From a virus (Duplodnaviria > Caudoviricetes), in IMG/VR virus record IMGVR_UViG_3300019370_000055, positions 1 to 64,000 of that record: a stretch of 64,000 bases of DNA, one strand, 5' to 3'. Every line of letters begins with the position of its first letter. Position 1 is the first letter of the stretch. Below the pieces are notes generated by a model. That model was given only the letters and a program-made list of their open reading frames with translations. It made no database searches and was not told the origin of the DNA. A program made the position numbers and the translations under genes. Positions 20,529 to 30,249 of this stretch are shown here, piece by piece.

Positions 20529-20963
20529 TTGAATTTCTTACGCCCCTCTCAGGACTTGGTAAAGAATAGAACTAAATTCATAAAGGTTCTATCCACTATA
20601 CATTATAAGTCATAAACACTTATGGCGGTTTATGGCTCAAAGAATCGGTAGTCTCTGAGGATTCAGGCCACTAAGGTCTGTGTCCTACTGATTGCCTCTT
20701 GTCAACAGTCCGTAGCACAGGATCACTCCTGCTTTTATCTCAGCATAGACCATCCAGATAATTTTTTCTGCTTTCGCAACATTCACGCCTATCATTACTG
20801 ATTACGTTGTAGTTTATCTGGCCCTTGAAGGCTTTCCAGTATTTACTTCTTTGATTATTTTAGAACTCCCATCACTATGCTTTGTTAGTTACGCCATATT
20901 GTAACTTTCTCAGCATAATTAGACTCACTATCATCCATAGGTAGTGTGTGATCTTATCACTCA

Positions 20964-23900
20964 ATCCAAGTTCTTTACAAATGCAGCAATTCCAACTCCA
21001 GCAAGTGCCGTTCCAAACGGCCCAATTAATGAAGTCACGAAATCAATCGCACTGGCTAAACCAGTAAGCATATCAATAATTACACCAATTTCTTCTCGCT
21101 TAAACAAATTCTGAAAAATTCCTGTGCCAGTTTCTTTCAGCGCATTCAATTTAAATTCAAGCGATTTGGTGATAATCTCCATTTCCGCATCTGCATTACC
21201 AGCACTCTCAGCCATGTTATTCATTGCCTTTTCCGCAGCTTCAAAGTTTTGCAGAATAGCTTGACCAACGCTGGCTCTATTCTTGCCGAACAGCTTCTCC
21301 ATCAACTGTTGCTGTTGCTTTTCGCTAAGATCATCATAAACCTCAGAAATATCTTTTAAGTATTGATAAACTGATTTATAATGTTCTTGTGTTTCATCCG
21401 TAAACAAAGAAACACCTTGAGAATTTTCAGTTGCCTTCGTCAAATCATAAACTTCACCAGTAATATTTGCAAGTTCTTCTGAAAGTTCTCCTGTTTCCTC
21501 ATCATACCCACGCACACGCATAGAAATACTACGTAGAGCGTTACCAACTTTTGAATCATCTTGGGTAATTTCTTGTGCCGCAGTAAACAGCGCAACGTTT
21601 TCTTCCAATGTGGAGTTCATCGCCGCCATAGCTGACGCTGAATTTTGTAAGCCATTAATAATCTCTGCATTTGACGTTGCTGCCGTATTGCCAACGATAT
21701 TAATTTTCGACATTACGCCATCAAGCACTTCTTCAGCCTCAATACCATAGGCTTTCATGACACTAACCAATCCAGTTGTTGCCGTTCCAATATCTACGCC
21801 TGGGGAGATTGCTGAGAATTGAGCCGCCAGTTTCGCCATCATTGTGGAACTGGTTTTGTCGCTATAGCCCAAACGTGACCAATCCGCCGCTGACTGAATA
21901 ATATCCTTTGTTGTTACACCAAGTTTCTTAGCGGCATCATTAGCTTCTTCATAAAAAGAAACCAAATCTGATCCAGACATTGTAGTTGTCTTTTGCAAGT
22001 CAACCAATGCTGTATCAAGTTCAACAACTGTATTTACGCCTTCTTTGATTACGGAAATAATTTTCCGTATAACCATTACTCCGCTTGTTAGACCAAGCAG
22101 TTGTAAAGTAGTATTTTTAAGAGAAGTTGCAAATTGACTTGTCACAAGGCCAGCAACTTTAGCTTCAGACTTTATCTTAGCCAATTCTGCTCTTGCTTTA
22201 GCAAGCATTATTGGATCACTGTTATTGGCTAAAAGGGCTTGTATTTCACGTAACTTATCACCATATACTTGAGCGGCCTTTGTATTCTGATTCATCCATG
22301 ATTCAATAGAATTTGAAAGAGTGGATGATTTCGTCATTGTCAACTGTGCCGCAGTATCATCTTTAACAGCTTTTTCGTGTTCTCTTGTAGCCTGTTCCGC
22401 AGCTTTTGATTGCCTTGCCATTATGTCAAGATCATTAGATACTCTTTTGATTATTGCATCATATTGGTCATAGGCATTAATAACTTGTGCATTATTTGTA
22501 CTTGTTGCAATAGTTTCTGCCAAAGAACGCAAATGTACAAAATTGCTTTGTATAGATTGAGCAGAACTATCAGAGACATTTTTCAAGGCCAAAAACTTAG
22601 TTTCTAAAGCACTAATACTATTTTCTAATGAATTAGACTTTGCTTGATCACGATAGTTGTTTGCTGTCTGCATAATAGCATCAGCAACTTTTCCTTCTGC
22701 TATTGCTAATTTGCCGGCGTTTTCAGCAGTTTGAATAACATAATTATTAAATTCTTTAGAGTAGTTAATTAATTCAGGATGGACACTTACAGTTCTTTCA
22801 ATTTCAGATGTAATTCTACGCCTATATTCATACTGTAATTGAAGTTGATCATTAAGTGCTTTATATTCATTTGAATCCTTACCTTTTCCAACCATAGATT
22901 TCTCAAGGCCAGAAATTTTACCCTGAATGGTTTGTAAGGCTTGATACTTTCCGTTTAACCCTCTAAGTTGTTCTTGGAAAACTTTTACGTCTGCTTTCAA
23001 TAAATCAAAACCATTTAAATAAGCTGTCAATGAATTATTATCAAAAGCATTACTTAATTTCCCAGTTAATTCAGTAATCCGATTTTTAAATTCTGCTGTT
23101 AAGACACCAGCATTATCGAGATGACTTTCAAAAAGGGCTAATTTTGATAGTTCTTCTTCTTTGATAGGCGCAATATCCTTAGTTCTAAGCTGAGTGGCAA
23201 CATATTCCGCATTTTGATATTCTTTTGCCAAACGCTTCAAATCTGCAATCTGAGAACTAATATTCGACCTTTGCTTTTGTGATAATGCACCATCGGAACT
23301 TTCCAGTTGTTCAATTTGAGTTTTTATTGATTGATATTGTTTTTCTAATTCTCTTAAATGACTTTCATCATTAACACTTTTAGGAGAATTTTGATTAGTA
23401 TAAGCGGATGCAATATCTTTCAACAAAGACTTCTGTTGAGACAAATACTTAACTCGTGCATCATTTTCGGCCTGTGCCTTTTTTGCTAAAGTATCTTGTT
23501 CTTTTTGCTGCGCTTTTAAATTGTCTGTGATTGCAGTTTGTGTCCGTACAACTTCTCCCGTTTCTACATTGAATTGTTTTGTTATAGAGACAAGTTTACC
23601 TTGTTCCGTTGAACCTTGAATCATCAAGTTCAAAAGTTTCTGTGTAGATTCAGTTCCATCATCTTCGGCTTTTTTCACTTCAACCCATTTATGCTGAACC
23701 TTTTCCAAAGCAATATTCATAGAGGTGAATTCTTTCATTAATTCTTTCGCACCAGAATCACTAATCTTCAAGCCAGACAGTTCACTTTTGATACGTTCAA
23801 TGTTACTTTGTTCAAGGCTAATATTGACTTTAATATCTTTCACAGTCAAAGACTGATTAAGTTGCTTGGCAATGTTATTAATCTGCGAAGTGATTTGCTC

Positions 23901-24044
23901 ACTCCGAATATTATCAATCTTGGCACTTAAAGTAATTTCCTTTTTGCCAATATTAGTCAACACTCGGTTTAAGTCTTGATCCATCTGTTCTGTAGTTTTT
24001 GCTATATCTAAACCTAATACAATCTGACCATCCACATCAGGCAT
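20964..24044 (-). CDS. Tape measure protein, exon 1 (TP901-type core)
   Basis: 'VELDTALVDLQK', 'AADWSRLGY', 'VGNALRSISMR', 'LFGKNRA' TMP core. Ends ...AAFVKNLD at the predicted 5' splice site. Confidence 0.9.
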
Positions 24045-24062
24045 TCAATTCACCTCCATTAT

Positions 24063-24097
24063 AAAAAATGTCGCCTCCTTCAAAATGAAAGAGGCGA
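24063..24097 (-). terminator. Probable intrinsic terminator/attenuator upstream of TMP
   Basis: Minus strand TCGCCTCTTTCA-TTT-TGAAGGAGGCGA followed by CATTTTTT. Confidence 0.5.
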
Positions 24098-24099
24098 TT

Positions 24100-24567
24100 T
24101 TATTCTTCCCAATAATATTTATCAGGTCTTTTTATCAACTTTACTTTAATAGGTAATGTCGTTTTATTGTTGAAATCCGCAATTCCTTGTTCAACAAAAT
24201 GCTCCGATTTGCGATAAACCCAACGTTCCTTATGAGCAAATCCATCAAAATACCAATCCTTCTGTACAACAAATCCATCATTAATAAGCCAAAAAACGTT
24301 TGCATACTTGTGATTGGATTCATTGAATATTGATGGATGCTTAGAATTTTGGATTTTTAACGTGATTGTAAGAGAATTGCCATCCACTTGAATATCCGCA
24401 AGATCAGACGTTGAGATACAATCTCCCATTGTCTCACGATTAATTCTATCTTGAATACAATCTCTTAAAAGATTAGCTGCCTTTACTAACTCTTGTGCTA
24501 ATGTCAATCCAGATGGTGCTTTTACTTTTGATATATCAAGACTTTTTATAATCTTGTCTAATGACAT
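24100..24567 (-). CDS. Tail-module protein (possible tail completion protein)
   Basis: ORF track and position only. Confidence 0.55.
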   Translation of the reverse strand: MSLDKIIKSLDISKVKAPSGLTLAQELVKAANLLRDCIQDRINRETMGDCISTSDLADIQVDGNSLTITLKIQNSKHPSIFNESNHKYANVFWLINDGFVVQKDWYFDGFAHKERWVYRKSEHFVEQGIADFNNKTTLPIKVKLIKRPDKYYWEE

Positions 24568-24569
24568 GA

Positions 24570-25211
24570 TTACTTCCCATCCGAAATTGGAATTATATTA
24601 CTGGCCTCCATACTAACACTGTCCATTGCATTTGTAATCTGCGTTAATGTCTCTAAAAATTTCTTGTTTTCCTCTACATCATTAACAGCAGCTAACAGCG
24701 GTTTTAACATTACCAGCGGGTTAGAAGCCTTTCGTGCATTAATATCTTTTACATAGGCTAACTTATCAGCAACCATCTGACGCAATTCCCCAATTAAAGC
24801 CTGATACTTTGTATCTGTAACATTCTTCACAAGGTTAATTGCCTTGCACAGTTCATAAGTCTTTTCAATATTAATAAGTGTAGATTTCTCGCCTGTTTCA
24901 TTACCTGTATCATCCAAAACAGGAATTACATCTTCGATGGGTGGAACATTAGTTGTCATCTGGAGCAAAGTAATCATAAACAACGGATCAAGATATTGCG
25001 GCATAAAATCTCCATCTTCATCAAAACAAGGCATCACAACACGATCAACGAAAATACCCTTTTCAGGAATTGTCAAAGATGTTTTAAGAGCAATCTCCAT
25101 AATGACAGAACTACCATCTTGCGGATCAGTCAGCTTCAATACAGTATCAGTAGAATTGCGCTTATAAACATCCATCAGCATATTAATAGATTTCTTTGTA
25201 ATCTTTCCCAT
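24570..25211 (-). CDS. Probable tail assembly chaperone
   Basis: Helical 213-aa ORF between the major tail and tape measure genes. Confidence 0.5.
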   Translation of the reverse strand: MGKITKKSINMLMDVYKRNSTDTVLKLTDPQDGSSVIMEIALKTSLTIPEKGIFVDRVVMPCFDEDGDFMPQYLDPLFMITLLQMTTNVPPIEDVIPVLDDTGNETGEKSTLINIEKTYELCKAINLVKNVTDTKYQALIGELRQMVADKLAYVKDINARKASNPLVMLKPLLAAVNDVEENKKFLETLTQITNAMDSVSMEASNIIPISDGK

Positions 25212-25212
25212 A

Positions 25213-25671
25213 TCAATTCTCCTTTAATTTAATATTTGTAATTTCAATTTCAGTGCGTGGATATTCCTTGTCCACATAACATTCCAGCGTTAAGGAAATA
25301 AGATGTGTGCTATCATCGTCAATTATAAATCCGCTTTCTGTAAATCCATCTAAAATGAATTTTGGCGATGCTGCGTCAACATCATGTCTGCGATTTGTTT
25401 TATAATATGTAGTAAATTTCATTTCACATTTATCAATGTGTAGGTTAGCGTAACCTTGTTCTTTAATGAACCAAACTATGAAATCTTTCCAACGTTGTTT
25501 TAAAGCATTCATCATAGGACGCTTCATTATCATCCATTGATTTAGCAACGGGTGAATTGGTTTATCTATTGGCCTTTTTGTTGCTTTAGGATGCAATCTA
25601 AAATAAAACTGTTCGTACTTTTCCAACGTATTATTATCAATAACCAATCGCATATTCTCTACTTCATTCAC
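25213..25671 (-). CDS. RusA-like Holliday junction resolvase
   Basis: 'RRHDVDA...KFILDG...GFIIDDD...PRTEIEI' RusA pattern. Confidence 0.75.
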   Translation of the reverse strand: MNEVENMRLVIDNNTLEKYEQFYFRLHPKATKRPIDKPIHPLLNQWMIMKRPMMNALKQRWKDFIVWFIKEQGYANLHIDKCEMKFTTYYKTNRRHDVDAASPKFILDGFTESGFIIDDDSTHLISLTLECYVDKEYPRTEIEITNIKLKEN

Positions 25672-25722
25672 ATTAATCCTCCCATAAGACTAAAAAGGGG
25701 AGGGCATCAAACCCTCCCACTT

Positions 25723-25992
25723 TTACTCATTTGTATTCTTGCGTGGTCTACCACGAGTGCGCTTTTGCTCTGATTTGTTGTCATTGTTCTTCCTGTCATC
25801 CGTAGACACTACTGCATCAGGGGCTTCAGAAGATTTCTGACGTGCTACCTGAACACGGCGCAAATATTCAGCACCGCATTCAGGACTACAAGCAACTTCA
25901 CGATAATTGAAAGCACCAAGCGCACCACTTGTCTTATTGCAAGGAGTAAACATCTTTCCACACACACGACACGGAATAGTATGTACTGCCAT
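25723..25992 (-). CDS. Small Zn-binding protein
   Basis: CRVCGK...ACSPEC; basic AT-hook-like RGRPRK tail. Confidence 0.65.
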   Translation of the reverse strand: MAVHTIPCRVCGKMFTPCNKTSGALGAFNYREVACSPECGAEYLRRVQVARQKSSEAPDAVVSTDDRKNNDNKSEQKRTRGRPRKNTNE

Positions 25993-26007
25993 ATTCAATC
26001 ACCTCAA

Positions 26008-26388
26008 TTATGCAAAAGTCGCCTTCTTAAAATTCAGTGTAACAATCTCTGTACCATCAACCTCAATAGTAAAAGTGGTATTTTTATCAGAAACCCGGAA
26101 AAGAATATCAGGATCAAATGCCATATTCTCTTTACCAGCTTTTGCTACGCCATTGGTTTTCAAAGTCATCTTCGTTCCTGTCTGTGTAAGACGCAGCGGG
26201 AAATAATGTCCAGACTGTTCATTTACATCAGCGGAATTAAACTCAGTAAAACCACTCACATTTTTAAGTGTGCCTGTCACAGAGCCATCAGTATACACCT
26301 TAATATCTGTTCCAATCAGATCGGAAACAGGCTTGCCCAATAGAGTCTGACCTTGGGCTGGAATGGTAAGGCGGTCAGACCCAATTAA
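26008..26388 (-). CDS. Ig-like extension domain of the major tail protein (probably reached by -1 frameshift)
   Basis: Frame is open back through the MTP stop (AAA CCC TTA ATT GGG...). No RBS before the TTG at 26340. 'LLGKPVSDL...GTLK.V.GFTEF...EQSGHY' domain. Confidence 0.7.
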   Translation of the reverse strand, partial: LIGSDRLTIPAQGQTLLGKPVSDLIGTDIKVYTDGSVTGTLKNVSGFTEFNSADVNEQSGHYFPLRLTQTGTKMTLKTNGVAKAGKENMAFDPDILFRVSDKNTTFTIEVDGTEIVTLNFKKATFA

Positions 26389-27218
26389 GGGTTTCCAGCC
26401 GCCCCCGTATCATCAGCATCCTCGGCATCTGCGCCAAAGACTGTCAAATCCCAAAACTTAGTGCCACCAGTAGTACAAGCAGAAGCCAAGCTGGTTGCCT
26501 CAAAGCCATGAGTAGTCTGACTATCACCCATTGCAAGATCAAATGCACCAGTAAAGTCAGCATAAGGAAGATAGAACTGAATGTGATAAATGTTGTGGCA
26601 CTTATCTTCAGCCAGACCATCCACATACATCTCAACAGTTTCAGAATAGTTATCAGAAATATTGCTGATAACATCACCCTCAACATTGCGAGTGTAATAC
26701 ACAACAATAGCTGTACCATTCTCAATCTCATCAGCAGCAAATGTCAGTTCCTTGGTCGCAGGATCATAAGCAAACTTACCCTCGGCAGCAGTAGCATCCT
26801 GAGACAGCCGCTTCTTGATAGTGCCATCAGAATTCTTAACAATCACTTCCTGAATCTCATTACCAGCAGTACCAACGGCCTTATACTTGGTAGTGGCCTT
26901 ATTATCAGTAACCACCAGATAATCAGGGAACTTGACAGGAGTAGAAGCCCGATGCTCACCAGCAGAACCGACCTCAACCTCAACAAGACCCATAGACACC
27001 ATACCGTTAGTACCAGACACGGTAACAGACTTATTCTGCTTCAACTGACCAATAGTGCGACCACCCTTACCAGTCAGAGCAGTATTATCCTGACTATTGG
27101 CAATAGTAGCATTCTGCAATTCATCCAGAGTAAACCGATGTGCGCCGCCATTAATACCAAACGCCATAATAGTCTCAAGACTTGTAATAGACAGATCATT
27201 AACAACAACCTTAGACAT
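26385..27218 (-). CDS. Major tail protein
   Basis: 277 aa, T/A/G-rich, strong codon bias, AAGGAGG RBS, position after the connector genes. Confidence 0.8.
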   Translation of the reverse strand: MSKVVVNDLSITSLETIMAFGINGGAHRFTLDELQNATIANSQDNTALTGKGGRTIGQLKQNKSVTVSGTNGMVSMGLVEVEVGSAGEHRASTPVKFPDYLVVTDNKATTKYKAVGTAGNEIQEVIVKNSDGTIKKRLSQDATAAEGKFAYDPATKELTFAADEIENGTAIVVYYTRNVEGDVISNISDNYSETVEMYVDGLAEDKCHNIYHIQFYLPYADFTGAFDLAMGDSQTTHGFEATSLASACTTGGTKFWDLTVFGADAEDADDTGAAGNP

Positions 27219-27264
27219 ATTGAATCCTCCTTTATTTTTACAAAATAAAAATCACCAGAATGTA

Positions 27265-27993
27265 TTATTCCGGCGATAACCAACTAATTTTCTCCCAATC
27301 AATTTTATCTTTATCAACAGTTCCAAAGTAAACACCGTTCATCGTCTGATCCCAATGCTTCTTCTTTTGAATCTGTCGCCAACTTGCATTCAACTTATAT
27401 ACACTAAGCCCCATAACTGTTTCATAGTTATATGGAAATTCCTCCGTATTAACAAGAGAAATAATCATACTTTCTAAAAATGACTTGTACGGCTTCTTTG
27501 CAAGTCGTTGTTTTGTTTTGCGTTTGCGTTCAATTAAATATCTTTTGGCCTCTGCATTTCCAGCACGACCAACAGGAGCCTCCCAAAAATGAATCTTACG
27601 TATCGCATTGCAGATTTCTAAAGCAATCATTTGATCAATCACAATATCATTATTCTTATCCCAAAGAACCTTTTCTCCATTTTTGGGATTTACAGCCTCT
27701 TGAAAATTCTTTAAATTCAAATTCCCAAAAAAAATAGTCGTATCATCTTCATTTATGGCAATAGATTCCATCATCAGAACAAACAACTGATAATCTGTAA
27801 TTGATTCATAGTCAATCCCAATATCATCAAGTTCAACCATCAAGTCAAATGGTGTTGCTACTAAAGTTTGAACTGTACTGTAATACTTTTGATCTCCAAA
27901 ATCAAAGATTTCATCAACTGTTGGAACATGAACCGAAATCTTATCATTTACTTTGTATTCATTGACTTTAAGTAAATTTGGCTTTTGAATCAT
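27265..27993 (-). CDS. Conserved tail-region hypothetical protein
   Basis: ORF track; operon position. Confidence 0.65.
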   Translation of the reverse strand: MIQKPNLLKVNEYKVNDKISVHVPTVDEIFDFGDQKYYSTVQTLVATPFDLMVELDDIGIDYESITDYQLFVLMMESIAINEDDTTIFFGNLNLKNFQEAVNPKNGEKVLWDKNNDIVIDQMIALEICNAIRKIHFWEAPVGRAGNAEAKRYLIERKRKTKQRLAKKPYKSFLESMIISLVNTEEFPYNYETVMGLSVYKLNASWRQIQKKKHWDQTMNGVYFGTVDKDKIDWEKISWLSPE

Positions 27994-28009
27994 ACTTCAG
28001 CACCCGCCC

Positions 28010-28483
28010 TTAATCACCATTAATTGTAGGACGATTAAACTCCGAAACAGTATATTCTAATGAAATACCATGAAATTTAGGTGAAGGACTAATATCATTG
28101 ATTTCAACCAATTTCATTCTTCCTACACCAAAGTCCATTGTTCCATTAAACAAATCTTCAATCCTCTCAGCAATTAAATCATAACGCAATCCATCACTTG
28201 TACGAATATTATCTTGATGAACAAAGACATAAAAAACAATCGACATTTTTTTAAATGTCTTATTCATTACATCTGGAACATAAATACGATGGCAAATAAA
28301 AGTACCCGTATCCTTTATCGCATCAGGCGTATAGGCATACGGATAAATTTGTTTATACATCAAATCTCGATCTGGAATTGGTGACTTTGGCTTATCGTTA
28401 ATCAAATCAACAATTTTTTGATCGCTACAAAGTTTCTGATTAATCCTACTGCGAAATTCTGTCAACTCACGTAACATAGCCAT
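28010..28483 (-). CDS. Probable tail terminator
   Basis: Size, position and 'RYDLIAERIEDLFNG' pattern. Confidence 0.55.
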   Translation of the reverse strand: MAMLRELTEFRSRINQKLCSDQKIVDLINDKPKSPIPDRDLMYKQIYPYAYTPDAIKDTGTFICHRIYVPDVMNKTFKKMSIVFYVFVHQDNIRTSDGLRYDLIAERIEDLFNGTMDFGVGRMKLVEINDISPSPKFHGISLEYTVSEFNRPTINGD

Positions 28484-28492
28484 AATATCACC

Positions 28493-29266
28493 TCAAATCC
28501 ACATATCTGGTTTATCTTTCAATTCTGCACCAGTTCCAACAGGATCAAAATAGTAATCAGCAATCATCAATTCTTTATTGTCTCGCTTTGGATCGAACTG
28601 ATCTTCAGCAACAGTTAAATGAATATATCCTCTTTCCCCCGCATCTGAATAACTAATAGTATCAGATTGCTTCACTTCAAAAGCTGTTGGCTTTTCTAAG
28701 TTTCTATCTAATAGGAAACGAAATCCACCATCAATCAAACGTGTATGTTCATCGAATGTGATATATACAATCATTTGTGATGTACCAATAGTCATATGTA
28801 ATTTTTCATCATACCTATCAGTTTCGCCGCTACCATACTGCGTAGAGTTAATAACGCTAATTGGATACTCAACAATTTCTTTTGTCAACGGAGAAAAGAA
28901 TTTAACCTTATGATTGCAAAATGACAAAGTTCCTTCCCACTGAATGCCATGCAAATTATTGGCATTCACACATAGCCAATACCCATGTTCAGGCCAAGGA
29001 ATCACATCACCCATATAAATCGGCTCATGAATCATTGTTTGAATATTTGCTTGTGCTGGCGAAGTAGAACGATACCGCTGCGTATAAATACGAGGGTGAA
29101 TAAGTCGTTCTGAATTCCATATAGTTACACCATCAGGAATATAGGAAGGATCGTCTGCGAAAGTCTCTTGAAGCAAATGCAAAGCATTATGAATTTGCTC
29201 GTTGCGCATCATATTCCCTCCAGCATTCATCCTACGAAGGAAATTCTGATAACCTCCCACAAACAA
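28493..29266 (-). CDS. Probable head-closure protein
   Basis: 'GDVI.W....WL' pattern; position after the adaptor. Confidence 0.55.
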   Translation of the reverse strand: MFVGGYQNFLRRMNAGGNMMRNEQIHNALHLLQETFADDPSYIPDGVTIWNSERLIHPRIYTQRYRSTSPAQANIQTMIHEPIYMGDVIPWPEHGYWLCVNANNLHGIQWEGTLSFCNHKVKFFSPLTKEIVEYPISVINSTQYGSGETDRYDEKLHMTIGTSQMIVYITFDEHTRLIDGGFRFLLDRNLEKPTAFEVKQSDTISYSDAGERGYIHLTVAEDQFDPKRDNKELMIADYYFDPVGTGAELKDKPDMWI

Positions 29267-29273
29267 TCACCTC

Positions 29274-29687
29274 CTAATCTTCACGCTTAATCCAGCGATA
29301 CCGTGACAATAGGGTTTCATTGTTTTTCCTATACATTTCACGTACTTCTATTGCTTTACTCAAATGGTTAGCTGGTGAAAACGCATTAAAATCTTTACTT
29401 GAAAGTGTTGGCTTTAACATAAGTGGTACACGGATATAATTACTATCAAGATATTCAATTACCATATAATTTGATAGAATTTCAATTTCCGTATCATTTA
29501 ACTTGCACTTAAATTTGACTTTGTTCCTTTGTGATAAATCTTGTCTACAACCTCTAAAGGCCGCAATCGCAGGACGTAAATAATCTGAAAGAATTTCATA
29601 TACTTCATCTTCTTCCAAATGTATAAAGTCATAGTTCTTTATTTTTGATAAAACACTCTCATAAAGTTCAGTGTAAGGTGTACCCAT
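29274..29687 (-). CDS. Probable head-tail adaptor
   Basis: 'T.Y.ELY..VL.KI', 'EIEILS.YM', 'DF..FSPANHL' helical pattern. Confidence 0.6.
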   Translation of the reverse strand: MGTPYTELYESVLSKIKNYDFIHLEEDEVYEILSDYLRPAIAAFRGCRQDLSQRNKVKFKCKLNDTEIEILSNYMVIEYLDSNYIRVPLMLKPTLSSKDFNAFSPANHLSKAIEVREMYRKNNETLLSRYRWIKRED

Positions 29688-29702
29688 AAGGAATCGCCTC
29701 CT

Positions 29703-30215
29703 TTACACCAAATCCATCAATTCAATGCCCAATTTCTTTTCAAGCAGCCGAATCATTTTCACGTTTGCAATTTTGCCATCCTTAACATACTTAACGATTT
29801 TAGGTGTCAATTCTGTCTTTGCATTAGAATCCAAACCAGAAAGTAATTCTTCAACATCCTTAATATCATCACCACAAAACCGTTTCATGTCAGCACGATT
29901 TACCTTTGTCGCATAAATCTTATCCAAATGCAACTTCTTCATAACAGTTCCATCATTAGGCAGAAGCCACTTTTCAGTGAAATAACGAGGATACTTTGTA
30001 TTCATAATACGAAGTTGCTTAAAAGTCATTTCCTGTGTATCACCGACTTCCAACCACGAAAAAGTTTCAAATGTAACTGGACAAGTATAATAAACAGCAG
30101 GAACACGTGCTTCTACTACAATCCTTGTATCATCATTCAAAACGTTGGAAGTGGCAGAGGCGGTCTGTTCTGCCGCCTCATTAACAGGATTTAAATTTTT
30201 GTTTTCCTGTGCCAA
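29703..30215 (-). CDS. Hypothetical head-region protein
   Basis: ORF track; AGGAGG RBS with TTG start. Confidence 0.65.
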   Translation of the reverse strand: MAQENKNLNPVNEAAEQTASATSNVLNDDTRIVVEARVPAVYYTCPVTFETFSWLEVGDTQEMTFKQLRIMNTKYPRYFTEKWLLPNDGTVMKKLHLDKIYATKVNRADMKRFCGDDIKDVEELLSGLDSNAKTELTPKIVKYVKDGKIANVKMIRLLEKKLGIELMDLV

Positions 30216-30249
30216 TTTTAACGCCTCCTAATATGTATTTAGGATTTAA

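Larger units (their letters stand above)
19919..20963 (-). ncRNA. Group I intron-like element interrupting the tape measure gene
   Basis: Minus strand core: P AAUACUGGAAAGCC (20830-20843); Q AAUCAGUAGG (20684-20693; P4 UACUGG/UCAGUA); R UCAGAGACUAC (20648-20658); P3 UCAAAGAA/UUCUUUGA; P8 CAUAAAC/GUUUAUG; GNRA-capped P9. Guide at 20919-20943 pairs with the ligated exons. Starts with UGA after a U.G pair and ends in G. Confidence 0.8.

Noticed and set aside
19921-20963. Stop-codon readthrough or genetic-code reassignment as the explanation for the split TMP
   Set aside because: The gap is about 1 kb with stops in all minus frames, other genes are intact in code 11, and no suppressor tRNA is present.
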